This document shows positions 14,255-22,172 of a stretch of DNA of 35,527 bases, in pieces. The notes beneath the pieces were generated by a model. That model worked only from the letters and a program-made list of their open reading frames with translations, did not search any database and was not told the origin of the DNA. The stretch lies in the NCBI RefSeq assembly GCF_001194135.2, contig NC_068996.1, positions 30,339,425-30,374,951 of the forward strand, in the 5' to 3' direction. Within the stretch, counting starts at the first letter, position 1. Each line of letters starts with the position of its first letter. Both the position numbers and the translations under genes were made by a program. Source of the stretch: Octopus bimaculoides (taxonomy: Eukaryota).

Positions 14255-14936
14255 TTCTATGTTATTACAATATATATATTTGTGTGTATGTATGTGTGCA
14301 TATGAGTATGTTTATATACAAATTTGTTTATATATACATGTGTATGTGTCCAGTTAACACTACCCCTTCTACAGCTCACATCTCCTGATCCACATGAATT
14401 ATTACAACATGAATGAACACTCACAACATATATACTCTCTCTTTCTTCTTCTCACTCACATCCATACTACATAAATATTGAATCAAAAAAAATCTGACAA
14501 GCAAGTATGACCTAGAGTAGAGAGGTCATGTTACTGAAGAGGTCACAAATAGTATAAGCAAACAAAACTGACTAGCTAACTGAATGATTAATCAAGCAAT
14601 TGTGTAATTAATTGATCAAATAGTTAACCAATTAGCAAACAATAAAGAAGTGAAATAAAACCAGTGCTTGTGTTTATTATACTGGACCCTTCTCAGATGC
14701 AACAAAATATATTTGAGATGTATGTATTATTGTGTGCACATACTCATGCATATCTAACTCTTCCACAGCTCCATGCACGTTTTGAAGCTCTCAAGAAACA
14801 ACATGCTGAAGACAAGAAGAAGCTTGATGAAAGCAAACGAAAGCTGGAAGAAGAATCAAACTTGTTCACTCAGCGCAAGGTTACAATGCAAACCCAAGCA
14901 CAGCAGTCAACCATGGGTAAAGGCAAGAAGAAGTAA
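1181..14936 (+). CDS. SEPT6/SEPT11-like: Septin, SEPT6/8/10/11 (Drosophila Sep2-like) group; spliced CDS of 11 exons, 1245 nt, ~414 aa
   Basis: The exons join in frame through GT-AG introns with matching phases and no stops. Motifs: [14 protein letters not shown]1 GETGIGKS, G3 DTVG, G4 AKAD, septin-unique element RQYPWG...ENENHCDF, and a C-terminal coiled coil ending GKGKKK*. Switch I reads LPGV, without the catalytic Thr, as in the SEPT6 group. The first exon is tentative. Confidence 0.95.
1859..1991 (+). CDS. SEPT6/SEPT11-like: Septin coding exon 2 ([44 protein letters not shown])
   Basis: Acceptor ttaaacag, donor G|gtatgt; hallmark [13 protein letters not shown]. Confidence 0.95.
2320..2827 (+). 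mobile_element. Three head-to-tail copies of a tRNA-derived SINE (Meta-domain-like core)
   Basis: The core ttgcctttcatcc..ggggt(c/t)gataaaataagtac..ctggggtcgatgtaatcga recurs at ~2375, ~2565 and ~2700, each copy ending in an (ATT)n tail. The family name is from memory. Confidence 0.75.
3192..3305 (+). CDS. SEPT6/SEPT11-like: Septin coding exon 3 (P-loop [17 protein letters not shown]...SNTY)
   Basis: Acceptor ttttacag, donor G|gtgcgt; phase 1/1. Confidence 0.97.
3575..4555. mobile_element. Non-autonomous piggyBac-like MITE (decayed)
   Basis: Imperfect TIRs CCTTTTGTTAC (3575) and GTAACAAAAAGG (4544-4555); flanks TTAT/TTGA resemble a decayed TTAA TSD. Confidence 0.45.
4659..4740 (+). CDS. SEPT6/SEPT11-like: Septin coding exon 4 ([28 protein letters not shown])
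   Basis: Acceptor ttttcag, donor AG|gtgagc; contains the G3 motif DTVG. Confidence 0.97.
6052..6210 (+). mobile_element. CORE-like SINE, 5' part (decayed)
   Basis: tRNA-like head (gtggttgaaaag...ggttcagtcc) followed by ttggacaagtgtcttctact...gaaactgaaagaa. Confidence 0.65.
6370..6510 (+). CDS. SEPT6/SEPT11-like: Septin coding exon 5 ([19 protein letters not shown]...[15 protein letters not shown])
   Basis: Acceptor ctttcag, donor TC|gtaagt; phase 2/2. Confidence 0.97.
6645..7034 (+). mobile_element. CORE-like SINE, near full length, with RTE-type 3' tail (GAT)n
   Basis: tttggcaagtgtcttctactata core; the tail gacccatgctatcatggagaagtggacattaaaatgatgatgat is shared with the RTE 3' ends in this window. 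Confidence 0.75.
7140..7257 (+). CDS. SEPT6/SEPT11-like: Septin coding exon 6 ([39 protein letters not shown])
   Basis: Acceptor tctttag, donor AAG|gtagga; contains the G4 motif AKAD. Confidence 0.97.
7803..7892 (+). CDS. SEPT6/SEPT11-like: Septin coding exon 7 ([30 protein letters not shown])
   Basis: Acceptor ttctcag, donor AAC|gtaagt; phase 0/0. Confidence 0.96.
8822..9100. mobile_element. Minus-strand RTE-tail fragment interrupted by a plus-strand copy of the 6885-7043 SINE tail
   Basis: The left part (catttaatgtttg...gactgcattg) and the right part (ttcctaatgccaaccacttt) are colinear pieces of the reverse RTE tail; the middle is ~96% identical to 6885-7043. Confidence 0.7.
10388..10484 (+). 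CDS. SEPT6/SEPT11-like: Septin coding exon 8 ([32 protein letters not shown])
   Basis: Acceptor attacag, donor G|gtaaga; contains LPFAVVGS and RQYPWG. Confidence 0.97.
10710..11097 (-). mobile_element. CORE-like SINE, near full length, with RTE-type tail
   Basis: Reverse complement reads head gcaggcatggctgtgtggttaagaag, B-box-like gggttcagtccc, core ccttgggcgagtatcttc, tail catgcaagcagggaaaaatggatgttaaaac. Confidence 0.8.
11712..12537 (+). mobile_element. 5'-truncated RTE-clade LINE (RT C-terminus plus 3' UTR)
   Basis: Translates [36 protein letters not shown]...EKTRQGK*; repetitive 3' UTR; (GAT)n tail. Contains a 10-N gap. Confidence 0.9.
13209..13365 (+). CDS. SEPT6/SEPT11-like: Septin coding exon 9 ([38 protein letters not shown]...)
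   Basis: Acceptor accatcag, donor AG|gtatgt; septin-unique element. Confidence 0.97.
13635..13785 (+). mobile_element. CORE-like SINE fragment (decayed)
   Basis: caggcctggttgtgtgg head; gacttctactctaacctcggg...gagtggaattggtaaacagaaact resembles the other CORE-like copies. Confidence 0.55.
14050..14182 (+). CDS. SEPT6/SEPT11-like: Septin coding exon 10 (coiled coil, [25 protein letters not shown]...AEKE)
   Basis: Acceptor ctttttag, donor GAG|gttaga. Confidence 0.96.
14221..14252. repeat. (GT)16 microsatellite
   Basis: Direct reading. Confidence 0.95.
14769..14936 (+). CDS. SEPT6/SEPT11-like: Septin terminal coding exon ([12 protein letters not shown]...MGKGKKK*)
   Basis: Acceptor ttccacag; in frame to TAA at 14934-14936. 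Confidence 0.93.
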   Translation, partial: LHARFEALKKQHAEDKKKLDESKRKLEEESNLFTQRKVTMQTQAQQSTMGKGKKK

Positions 14937-15083
14937 ACAAAAAGAAACCTGTGCTTGATTGATGGAAGCGGTTGGTGGGAGGCAAGTATGTGTGTGTGTG
15001 TGTGTGTGCATACATGCATACATATATTTATATATAAAAAATGCATGTAAGTACACATATTTACATGGTTTTTGTATACAATG

Positions 15084-15121
<38 letters not shown>

Positions 15122-15258
15122 GTATATAAATTCACACAACCACACACACACTTCATATTGCTGTGAAGACAGTAAAATCTGCTGACAATATAGTCAAAAC
15201 ACAAATATGCATTCAAAATCTCTTTCCCTTTCTCTCTGAAACATGCACAGAACATGAA

Positions 15259-15302
<44 letters not shown>

Positions 15303-15964
15303 CATGGGGGAGATAGTTGTTTAGCAGCAGTCAAAGAGGTTTGATACAGAACTGTCTTACTAAACCTCTATAATGAAGTGTTAGTGTTTATGTGTGTATA
15401 TATATTTGTGCGCATACACATTTTTACAAACATAACCCACACATACACACATACATGTATGTGTATGGAAACATGTAAATGCATATACAGGTCTTTCGTT
15501 TAACTTGGTTTTTTTGTAAGCCTTTTATATACATCCAAACTCATTCGTGAGTACATCTTGGGGAATACAAAAAGATGTTTTCTTTCAATAAATATCTTTT
15601 ACATTTATTTGCAATATTTTTAAAGTATTTTGTGTCATTGCATGAAAAGGATGAAGCATGTTTTCCTTTTTTCTTTTTACATAATACACACAAAAGCATA
15701 TATATAATATACAACTACCTGTATATGCACATAGGTATATATACGCAATATTTTAGGGGCCAAAAATCAAAAATTGTTAAAGATCTGTCAAAGAGGTATT
15801 TGTTATCCATGTAATAACACTAGGTGGTTTTATAGTAGATTCCTCTACTCCACTACAAATATATAATCATTCATTATTTGTGTAATTTGTATTTCATTTG
15901 CTCTCTATATTTAAGTAGATGCTGTATTTTGTAAAAGATGTATTTAAATATATACACACATATG

Positions 15965-16015
<51 letters not shown>

Positions 16016-16223
16016 AGTGTGTGTTGTGTGCAAGTGGATGTTTCTGCATGTCTTTAGATATTAAAATATACAAGCATATATAAATGTAGAAATAGATGTA
16101 AGAATATAAAGATACATACATTGATATTTATATACTTGTACTTTCTGTGTATATATATTTATACATATATGCACATGCATAAGTATATTGATACAAGGAT
16201 ACAATGTTTATACAAATATTTGC

Positions 16224-16228
<5 letters not shown>

Positions 16229-16297
<69 letters not shown>
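16229..16297. repeat. (AT)~34 microsatellite in the presumed 3' UTR (other AT arrays at ~15088, ~15260, ~15968, ~28487, ~31097)
   Basis: Direct reading. Confidence 0.95.
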
Positions 16298-16298
<1 letters not shown>

Positions 16299-16341
16299 TA
16301 TTTATGTAATTCAGATGTGTTTGTAAATGTATTTTGAATTC

Positions 16342-16347
16342 AATAAA
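16342..16347 (+). promoter_or_regulatory. Candidate septin poly(A) signal (alternatives at 15587-15592 and 16956-16961)
   Basis: AATAAA followed by a T/GT-rich downstream tract, 1.4 kb after the stop codon. Confidence 0.55.
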
Positions 16348-17337
16348 ACATTTTTTTATATCTTTTTACTATATTTTTGTTCTTGTTTTCCTTTATATGC
16401 ATGTGTATGTATGTGTTTATATCTGTATAGATAGATTAAATGTCTTTAAAAATTTTTTTGAAAAGCAAAATATTGTGAATTATAAGAAAGAAGATAGTAT
16501 AAACCACTGACATAACTTTTGTTTCAATATTTTGGGGGTTAAAATCCATTCTTCAAGAAATCTTCAGAAATTTGGTATTATGAGCTTGCTTTACTGCTCT
16601 GTAATGTGTGTATGTATTTGTATATATGGAGGATTCTTTAGCATGCACAAGGTAGCATAACCAATCAGCTGCATGCTGCTTGATGCTGTTAATATGATTA
16701 GGCTTTGCTAATGATGGCTTTTTTAATTCCCAAATTCTTAATATTTCATTCTGTGGTGTGCATATTTAAGACCTTGATATCTTAAATGTGTCATTTCCTC
16801 AAGTGTTTTATGACAAAAGAAGCATCGGCACAGAGATGCTTTTTAACCCAGATGTGCTCTTTTCTGATGGTACTTTCTATATATGTGTGTGTACATATAG
16901 CATTACACCAAATGAGGCTATATTACAAATGGAGCATAAGTCCACTAAGCATAATAATAAAATATTGAGAACAAGCAATATTATCACAGTCTGTTAGCAC
17001 AAATTTACATACATTCACTTACAATACATTGGCAGTTATGTGGGGAGGTTGCATATCATTATACCTCCTTCCTGACATACATATCCCATACTTCATATGT
17101 ATCTTATATTATTCAGTGTGTTACCTTTCCAAAAACTATTTTTTAAAAAGTTTCTGAATGAGAATTCTTACTGAAAGATTAAAGGCACAGGAACACTTTC
17201 ACCTGCCTGTCAGCTATTTGCAATGAGTAATTGACAACAAAACCATAGAGGTCGTGTACCACCCTGATAGCTGATTGCAGTAATGTGTAACATCATAGTC
17301 AAAAATGAGTTTTACATCCTGTATTGCAATTCTCTCG

Positions 17338-17530
17338 ACATCATTATCATTTAGCATTGGTTTTACCATGCTAGTTGGACGGTTTGACAGCAGTTGGCCA
17401 ACTGAAGAGCTGCCCAGACTCTTGTCTGTTTTGGTATGGTTTCTATGGCTGGATACCCTTCCTAATGCCGACCACTTTACAGAGTGTGCTGAGTGCTTTT
17501 TACATGGCACTAACACCCATGATCCTGCAA
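17338..17530 (-). mobile_element. RTE-type 3' tail fragment
   Basis: tttctatggctggatacccttcctaatgccgaccactttacagagtgtg is the reverse complement of the RTE tail; it ends in an (ATC)n-like run. Confidence 0.75.
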
Positions 17531-17935
17531 GATTAGGAATGCTCAGTAGAAGAGAGATATAGGGGACATGCTTGTATGCAAGGACAAAATATTTGTGTTT
17601 TTTTTTTACTTTATTCCAGCATGCTATCATAGCATTGCATTTACTTTCACAGACTCATGCATTTTCCCCTACAAAACCATGTTAAAATATCTTTCAATGG
17701 ATGTACGATGAAACAGTAAATTTGTTTCTTCCACAAAATATACTTGTAAAATAGGACACGTCTTATAAGTCAGCACATATTGTAAATACATTCAAACTAG
17801 AGCTTGCACAAGGTCAAACCTATATGCTCATGCACTTCTAGAAATAGCCACAGTATGAATACACATACAGATGCACTATACATAACCATATAGTTTTGCT
17901 TTTTGCTTACTCTAAATAAATATAGCTGGGCTTGT

Positions 17936-18154
17936 GTGAAGGGGTTGCTGAAGAGTTCCTAGCTTTGGATAAAAGAAAATACAGGTGGATCAGTTAATTA
18001 TGATTTTATTCAACATATTCTCCTCTCAGATTCACACACTTATTGCAGTGGTCCTTCAGTTTTTCTAAGCCTTGTAAAAGAACTCAGAAGGTTTAGCCTC
18101 CAACTAGGACTTTTGCAACACCCTTAAAGTCAGGAACTTTTCTGCACTACTTTG
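17936..18154 (-). mobile_element. Mariner-derived MITE (internal deletion derivative)
   Basis: Imperfect TIRs ggggttgctgaagagttcctagcttt and aaagtcaggaacttttctgcactac. The minus strand encodes the mariner transposase C-terminus LKDHCNKCVNLRGEYVE* (18007-18059). Confidence 0.75.
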
Positions 18155-18734
18155 TATGTGAATATACCTCCAATTAAGATGGCAGTTCTTCTTGTCCAAA
18201 GACTAAGAAGAGTAGTATGTTTGGCTATGTAAAGCAATCCTAAATTGACAGGCTCTGATGCACTAGTATAGCTAGAGTGTGTGCCACCCCCAGATCCCAC
18301 AAAATGCACATATTACCATTAGCAGATTCAAAAGTACCCCACCACCCCAGCTACGCTAGTGCTCTGATGCTGTTCATGCTTGCATTTAGCAGCTTTGAAG
18401 TGAGTTCATGGAATTTGATCCCACTCTTTAGATTTGGAAATCTGATCAGTGACTCAGTGATATGGGTTAATAACAGTACCCAGCAAGCTGTAAATTTCAC
18501 ATTGGAATGGCCTTCTCAGTAAATTGCTTTACAGGGCTGAAGACCTCCACCTAGCATGGAATTGCTAAAAGGGTGCCAAAGAGGACACTAGACTGCCCAA
18601 GAGAGTCCACTCCTTTGGTTGCTGTTGAGGAATCTCCATGTTTATACATACCTACACTTCAATGTCCATGTATTAAGTGGGCGTGTCTGCATGTTAGTGG
18701 CCATGTATGTGTATGCATTCTCATATAGGCAGAT

Positions 18735-19196
18735 ATCAGCATCGCCTTTCTGGCACTTGTGCCCATGGCATGTCTAAGGACTTTCGAGCGAGATCGTTGC
18801 CAGTGCTCCTGGACTGGCTCTTGTGCGGGTGGCACATAAAATACACCATTTTGAGTGTGGCCGTTGCCAGTACCGCCTGACTGGCCTTCGTAGGATTTTC
18901 GAGCGAGATCATTGCCAGTGCCCCTGGACTGGCTCTTGTGCAGGTGGCACATAAAATACACCATTTTGAGCGTGGCTGTTGCCAGTACCGCCTGACTGGC
19001 CTTCGTGCGGGTTACACGTAAAAGCACCCACTACACATCTGAGTGGTTGGCGTTAGGAAGGGCATCCAGCTGTAGAAACTCTGCCAAATCAGATTGGAGC
19101 CTGGTGTTGCCATCTGGTTTCACCAGTCCTCAGTCAAATCGTCCAACCCATGCTAGCATGGAAAGCAGACGTTAAACGACGACGATGATGATGATA
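18735..19196 (+). mobile_element. RTE LINE 3' UTR fragment with a 115-bp internal tandem duplication
   Basis: Same 3' end as 11712-12537 and 22173-23237; duplicated units at 18777-18891 and 18892-19006; (GAC)n(GAT)n tail. Confidence 0.85.
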
Positions 19197-19395
19197 TCCA
19201 CTGATGGATACATGTATGGTGTTGTATACATGCATATTTCCACTAGTACATACCTGTTCCAAAGCATATATGAAAATATGTTGGTACACATGTGTACATG
19301 CATACATCCCCATATACAGTTCTATATTTAAGAGATGAGGAATTATTTACATTATTTACATTTGACGGATATTTGTCCTCATCTTGTTTGTTGTT

Positions 19396-19443
19396 AACAC
19401 AACGTTTCGGCTGATATACCCTCCAGCCTTCGTCAGGTGTCTT
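19396..19443 (-). ncRNA. Minimal type I hammerhead ribozyme motif (core intact)
   Basis: GACAC-CUGACGA-A-GGCUG(gagggtatat)CAGCC-GAA-ACGU-U-GUGUU. Stem I GACAC/GUGUU; stem II GGCUG/CAGCC; palindromic ACGU stem III; predicted cleavage after GUU. Confidence 0.7.
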
Positions 19444-19521
19444 GGGGAAATTTCGAACCTGGGTTCTCATTCCTAACGATGTTACTATTATTATATTATT
19501 ATTATTATTACTATTATTAAT

Positions 19522-19596
19522 CAGGTCACTGCCGTGAATCAAACTCGGAACCTTGGGGTTAGTAGCCTGTGCTCTTAACCACTACGCCATATGCCC
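19522..19596 (-). promoter_or_regulatory. tRNA-derived Pol III promoter (SINE head)
   Basis: A box TGGCGTAGTGG (19579-19589); decayed B box GAGTTTGATTC (19536-19546); GG-CTACTAA-CC anticodon-like arm. Not a functional tRNA: acceptor stem is imperfect and the B box is mutated. Confidence 0.75.
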
Positions 19597-19656
19597 GTAG
19601 TAACATCATTAATAGTAACATTGTTTGGAATGAGAACCCAGGTTCGAAATTTCCCC

Positions 19657-19704
19657 AAGACACCTGACAAAGGCTGGAGGGTATATCAGCCGAAACGTTG
19701 TGTT
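19657..19704 (+). ncRNA. Second hammerhead motif copy with a core mutation (CUGACAA)
   Basis: Identical to the minus-strand copy except for G8->A in the CUGANGA core; probably inactive. Confidence 0.6.
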
Positions 19705-20471
19705 ATCAACAAACAAGATGAGGACAAATATCCGTCAAATGTAAATAATGTAAATAATGCATCCCCATGTAGTTATACATATTTCTTGCATCTCTTTATA
19801 TATACGGTTCTTTTACCAGGGCTCTAAATGGCTATGAGTATGTAGGCAGATATATGTATACTTATATAACTACGTATACACAGATATGAATATATATGCA
19901 TGCACCCACATAGATTTGCCTGCATTATATTCACATTTTTTGTGTGTGTCAATGCATGCTTTTATATATATGTGACTACTGTATGTCTATATATATATAT
20001 ATGTGCACACACACATTCCATGTGTACACACAAGTATACATATACTTACGCAAAAAATTATATTAACCAAGCATCTGCTTGTAAAGTCTTATTGATAAGC
20101 ATAAAGACTTACAGTAATGACTTGCCATATCGCAGTTCACCTATTGTGACCTCAGTACATTGTGGGTTTTTCTGGCTAATATATATAAATTGTGGGTTTC
20201 TGTGGCCAATAGGTATTTATATTCTTTTAGATTTTAATTATTTCTGTGGTAAAATAAGCATTTTTATGCCTAGAAATTAATAAATAGAAATACAGTACAG
20301 TACTGCACTGTATAACACATTAATTAAAATGTATTAAAAGAAAATATGTAGTGTACAATAGATGAGTAAGCAAAGAATTGCACATATTGTATGGAAAATG
20401 AAACTCAGGAAGCAAGTGTGTGGTGTTATTTTGCATTTGTGGGTAAAACTGAATTTATTTCAAGCCCTATA

Positions 20472-21700
20472 ATGTTGCCCAAGCGTTCTGCACCTTCTAA
20501 GGCTTCTGTCAGTGAAGCCAAGTGCCAGAGGAAGATACTAGAGCAGAGAAGATGGGACTCCTCGACATGCTTAAGGAAGGGAGAAGGTATGTGGATGTAG
20601 GCCACCATTACAGCATCAATGAATCTACTGTTTGCTACATCAAGAAGGACGAAAACATATAAGGGCGACAGCAAGTATGACTTTTATCAAGACTGTGAAA
20701 AGGGTGGTAATTGCACTAAATACCAACACCATCCATGAGAAGGCCAGGTTTATAGTAAGTTTATGGATGGCGCTGATGATGGCCCAGATGACCCTGAATC
20801 AGGACCATCTACAACATCTCTCACCAAAGCAACCGAATTTAATGCCAGCAAGGGTTGGTTTGATAAATTTCAAAGGAGGTTCAACCTTAAGAGTGTGTCC
20901 CTACATGGAGAAACTACTTCTGCTGACAAACCTGCCACTGAGGAGTATGTGAAAGAGACGTTCAAGACCATCATTGAGGAAGGGGGATATTTGCATGAAC
21001 AAGTTTTCAATATGGATGAGACTGTCCTCTTTCAGAAATGGATGCCATTGTGAACTTTCATTATGAAGGAGGTGCCCAGAGCCCCTGGATTTAAGGTGTG
21101 CAAAGATCACCTCACAATTATATGTGGAAATGCTGCAGACCTTATGGTAAAGCCAGGGCTTATTTATAAGTCCAAAAACCTAAGGGCCCTCAAAAACAAA
21201 AATAAGAACCTGCTGTCAGTGCATTGGATGCACAAGCAGAAGGTATGGATAATGAAACCACTGACATTGGATTGGTTTCACCCCCGAAGTCAAGGTTTTT
21301 CTTGCCAAAAAAGGACTGGAATTCAAAGTGCTTCTCTTAATGGACAATGCTGGAGGTCATGCACTCGACCTGTTGTATGAGGGTTTACAAATTGAATTCT
21401 TACTGCTGAACACAACATCACTGATCCAACTCATGGATCAAGGTGCTATTCATGCTTTTAATACACTCTATATGCGAAACTCCCTGCAACACCCAGTCGA
21501 GGCAATGGACTTGGATTATAACTTCTCACTGAAGGAGTACCGGCATGGTTACACCAATGCAACATGTCTCCAAAATATTCAGAAGGCCATAAAGGAAATG
21601 AATGAAACTTTGAATTGCCAGCTGAAAGAAATTGTGGCCAGAAGCAGTCTACGACTATAAAGGATTCTCTCCTGATGAAATTCACCACTCTGCAGGGGAT
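20472..21700 (+). pseudogene. Frameshifted pogo/TIGD1-like transposase (CENP-B HTH plus DDE_1)
   Basis: Fragments LLDMLKEGRRYVDVGHHYSINESTV, FNASKGWFDKFQRRF, QVFNMDET, LLLMDNAGGH and SLIQLMDQGAI lie in different frames and are separated by stops. Confidence 0.88.
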
Positions 21701-22172
21701 AAGGTAGTGAAGCTGGCAAAATTGCTAGGAGGATATTGCTTCACCAATATGACTACCAAAGACATTAATAACCTGATCAAGGCTCACTCAAATCCATTAA
21801 CATGAAGATCTGACAGAGATGACAGTCAGCAAGTGAGAAAGAAGTCATCCTGTCAATAGAACATCACTCAAGTCTAGCAAAAATTGCAAAAAAACTTCAA
21901 AGAATGGCAGAAGATTGAGACCCCCAGATGATTCATGCGTTGCAGTTCAGAAATGCAATTGACGGAACCCTTATAAAAACCTCCTTACACAGAAAAAAAG
22001 GCAGTACCAGCAAATACCTGTCACTATGTTCCTATCCTGCAAAAAAAAAAAAAAAAAAAAAAGTTAAAAGACAGGTACTCCTAAGAGTGTGGGAGAGTTT
22101 ATAAAAGCTTAAATATATAAAAATAAAATAAGTGTACATAAATTATAAAAATGATTTTAAAAATATACAGAA

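Larger units (their letters stand above)
19314..19759 (-). mobile_element. Composite non-autonomous retroelement: tRNA-derived head + (AAT)n + hammerhead-bearing repeat, with an inverted copy of the repeat
   Basis: Direct repeat CATCCCCAT at 19305-19313 and 19760-19768; inverted arms 19342-19490 and 19610-19758 (145/149 identical); tRNA-like head at 19522-19596 on the minus strand. Confidence 0.8.

Noticed and set aside
738-16309. Many short ORFs rich in YI, CV and HT repeats
   Set aside because: Translations of TA/CA/TG microsatellites in introns and UTR; non-coding.
19522-19596. Possible tRNA gene
   Set aside because: Imperfect acceptor stem, mutated B box, atypical ACT anticodon, and embedded in a TSD-flanked repeat; it is a SINE head.
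19243-19827. Twin ORFs sharing MRTQVRNFPKTPD(E/K)GWRVYQPKRC
   Set aside because: They arise from the inverted hammerhead arms. The conserved features are RNA stems, and the frames differ outside the repeat.
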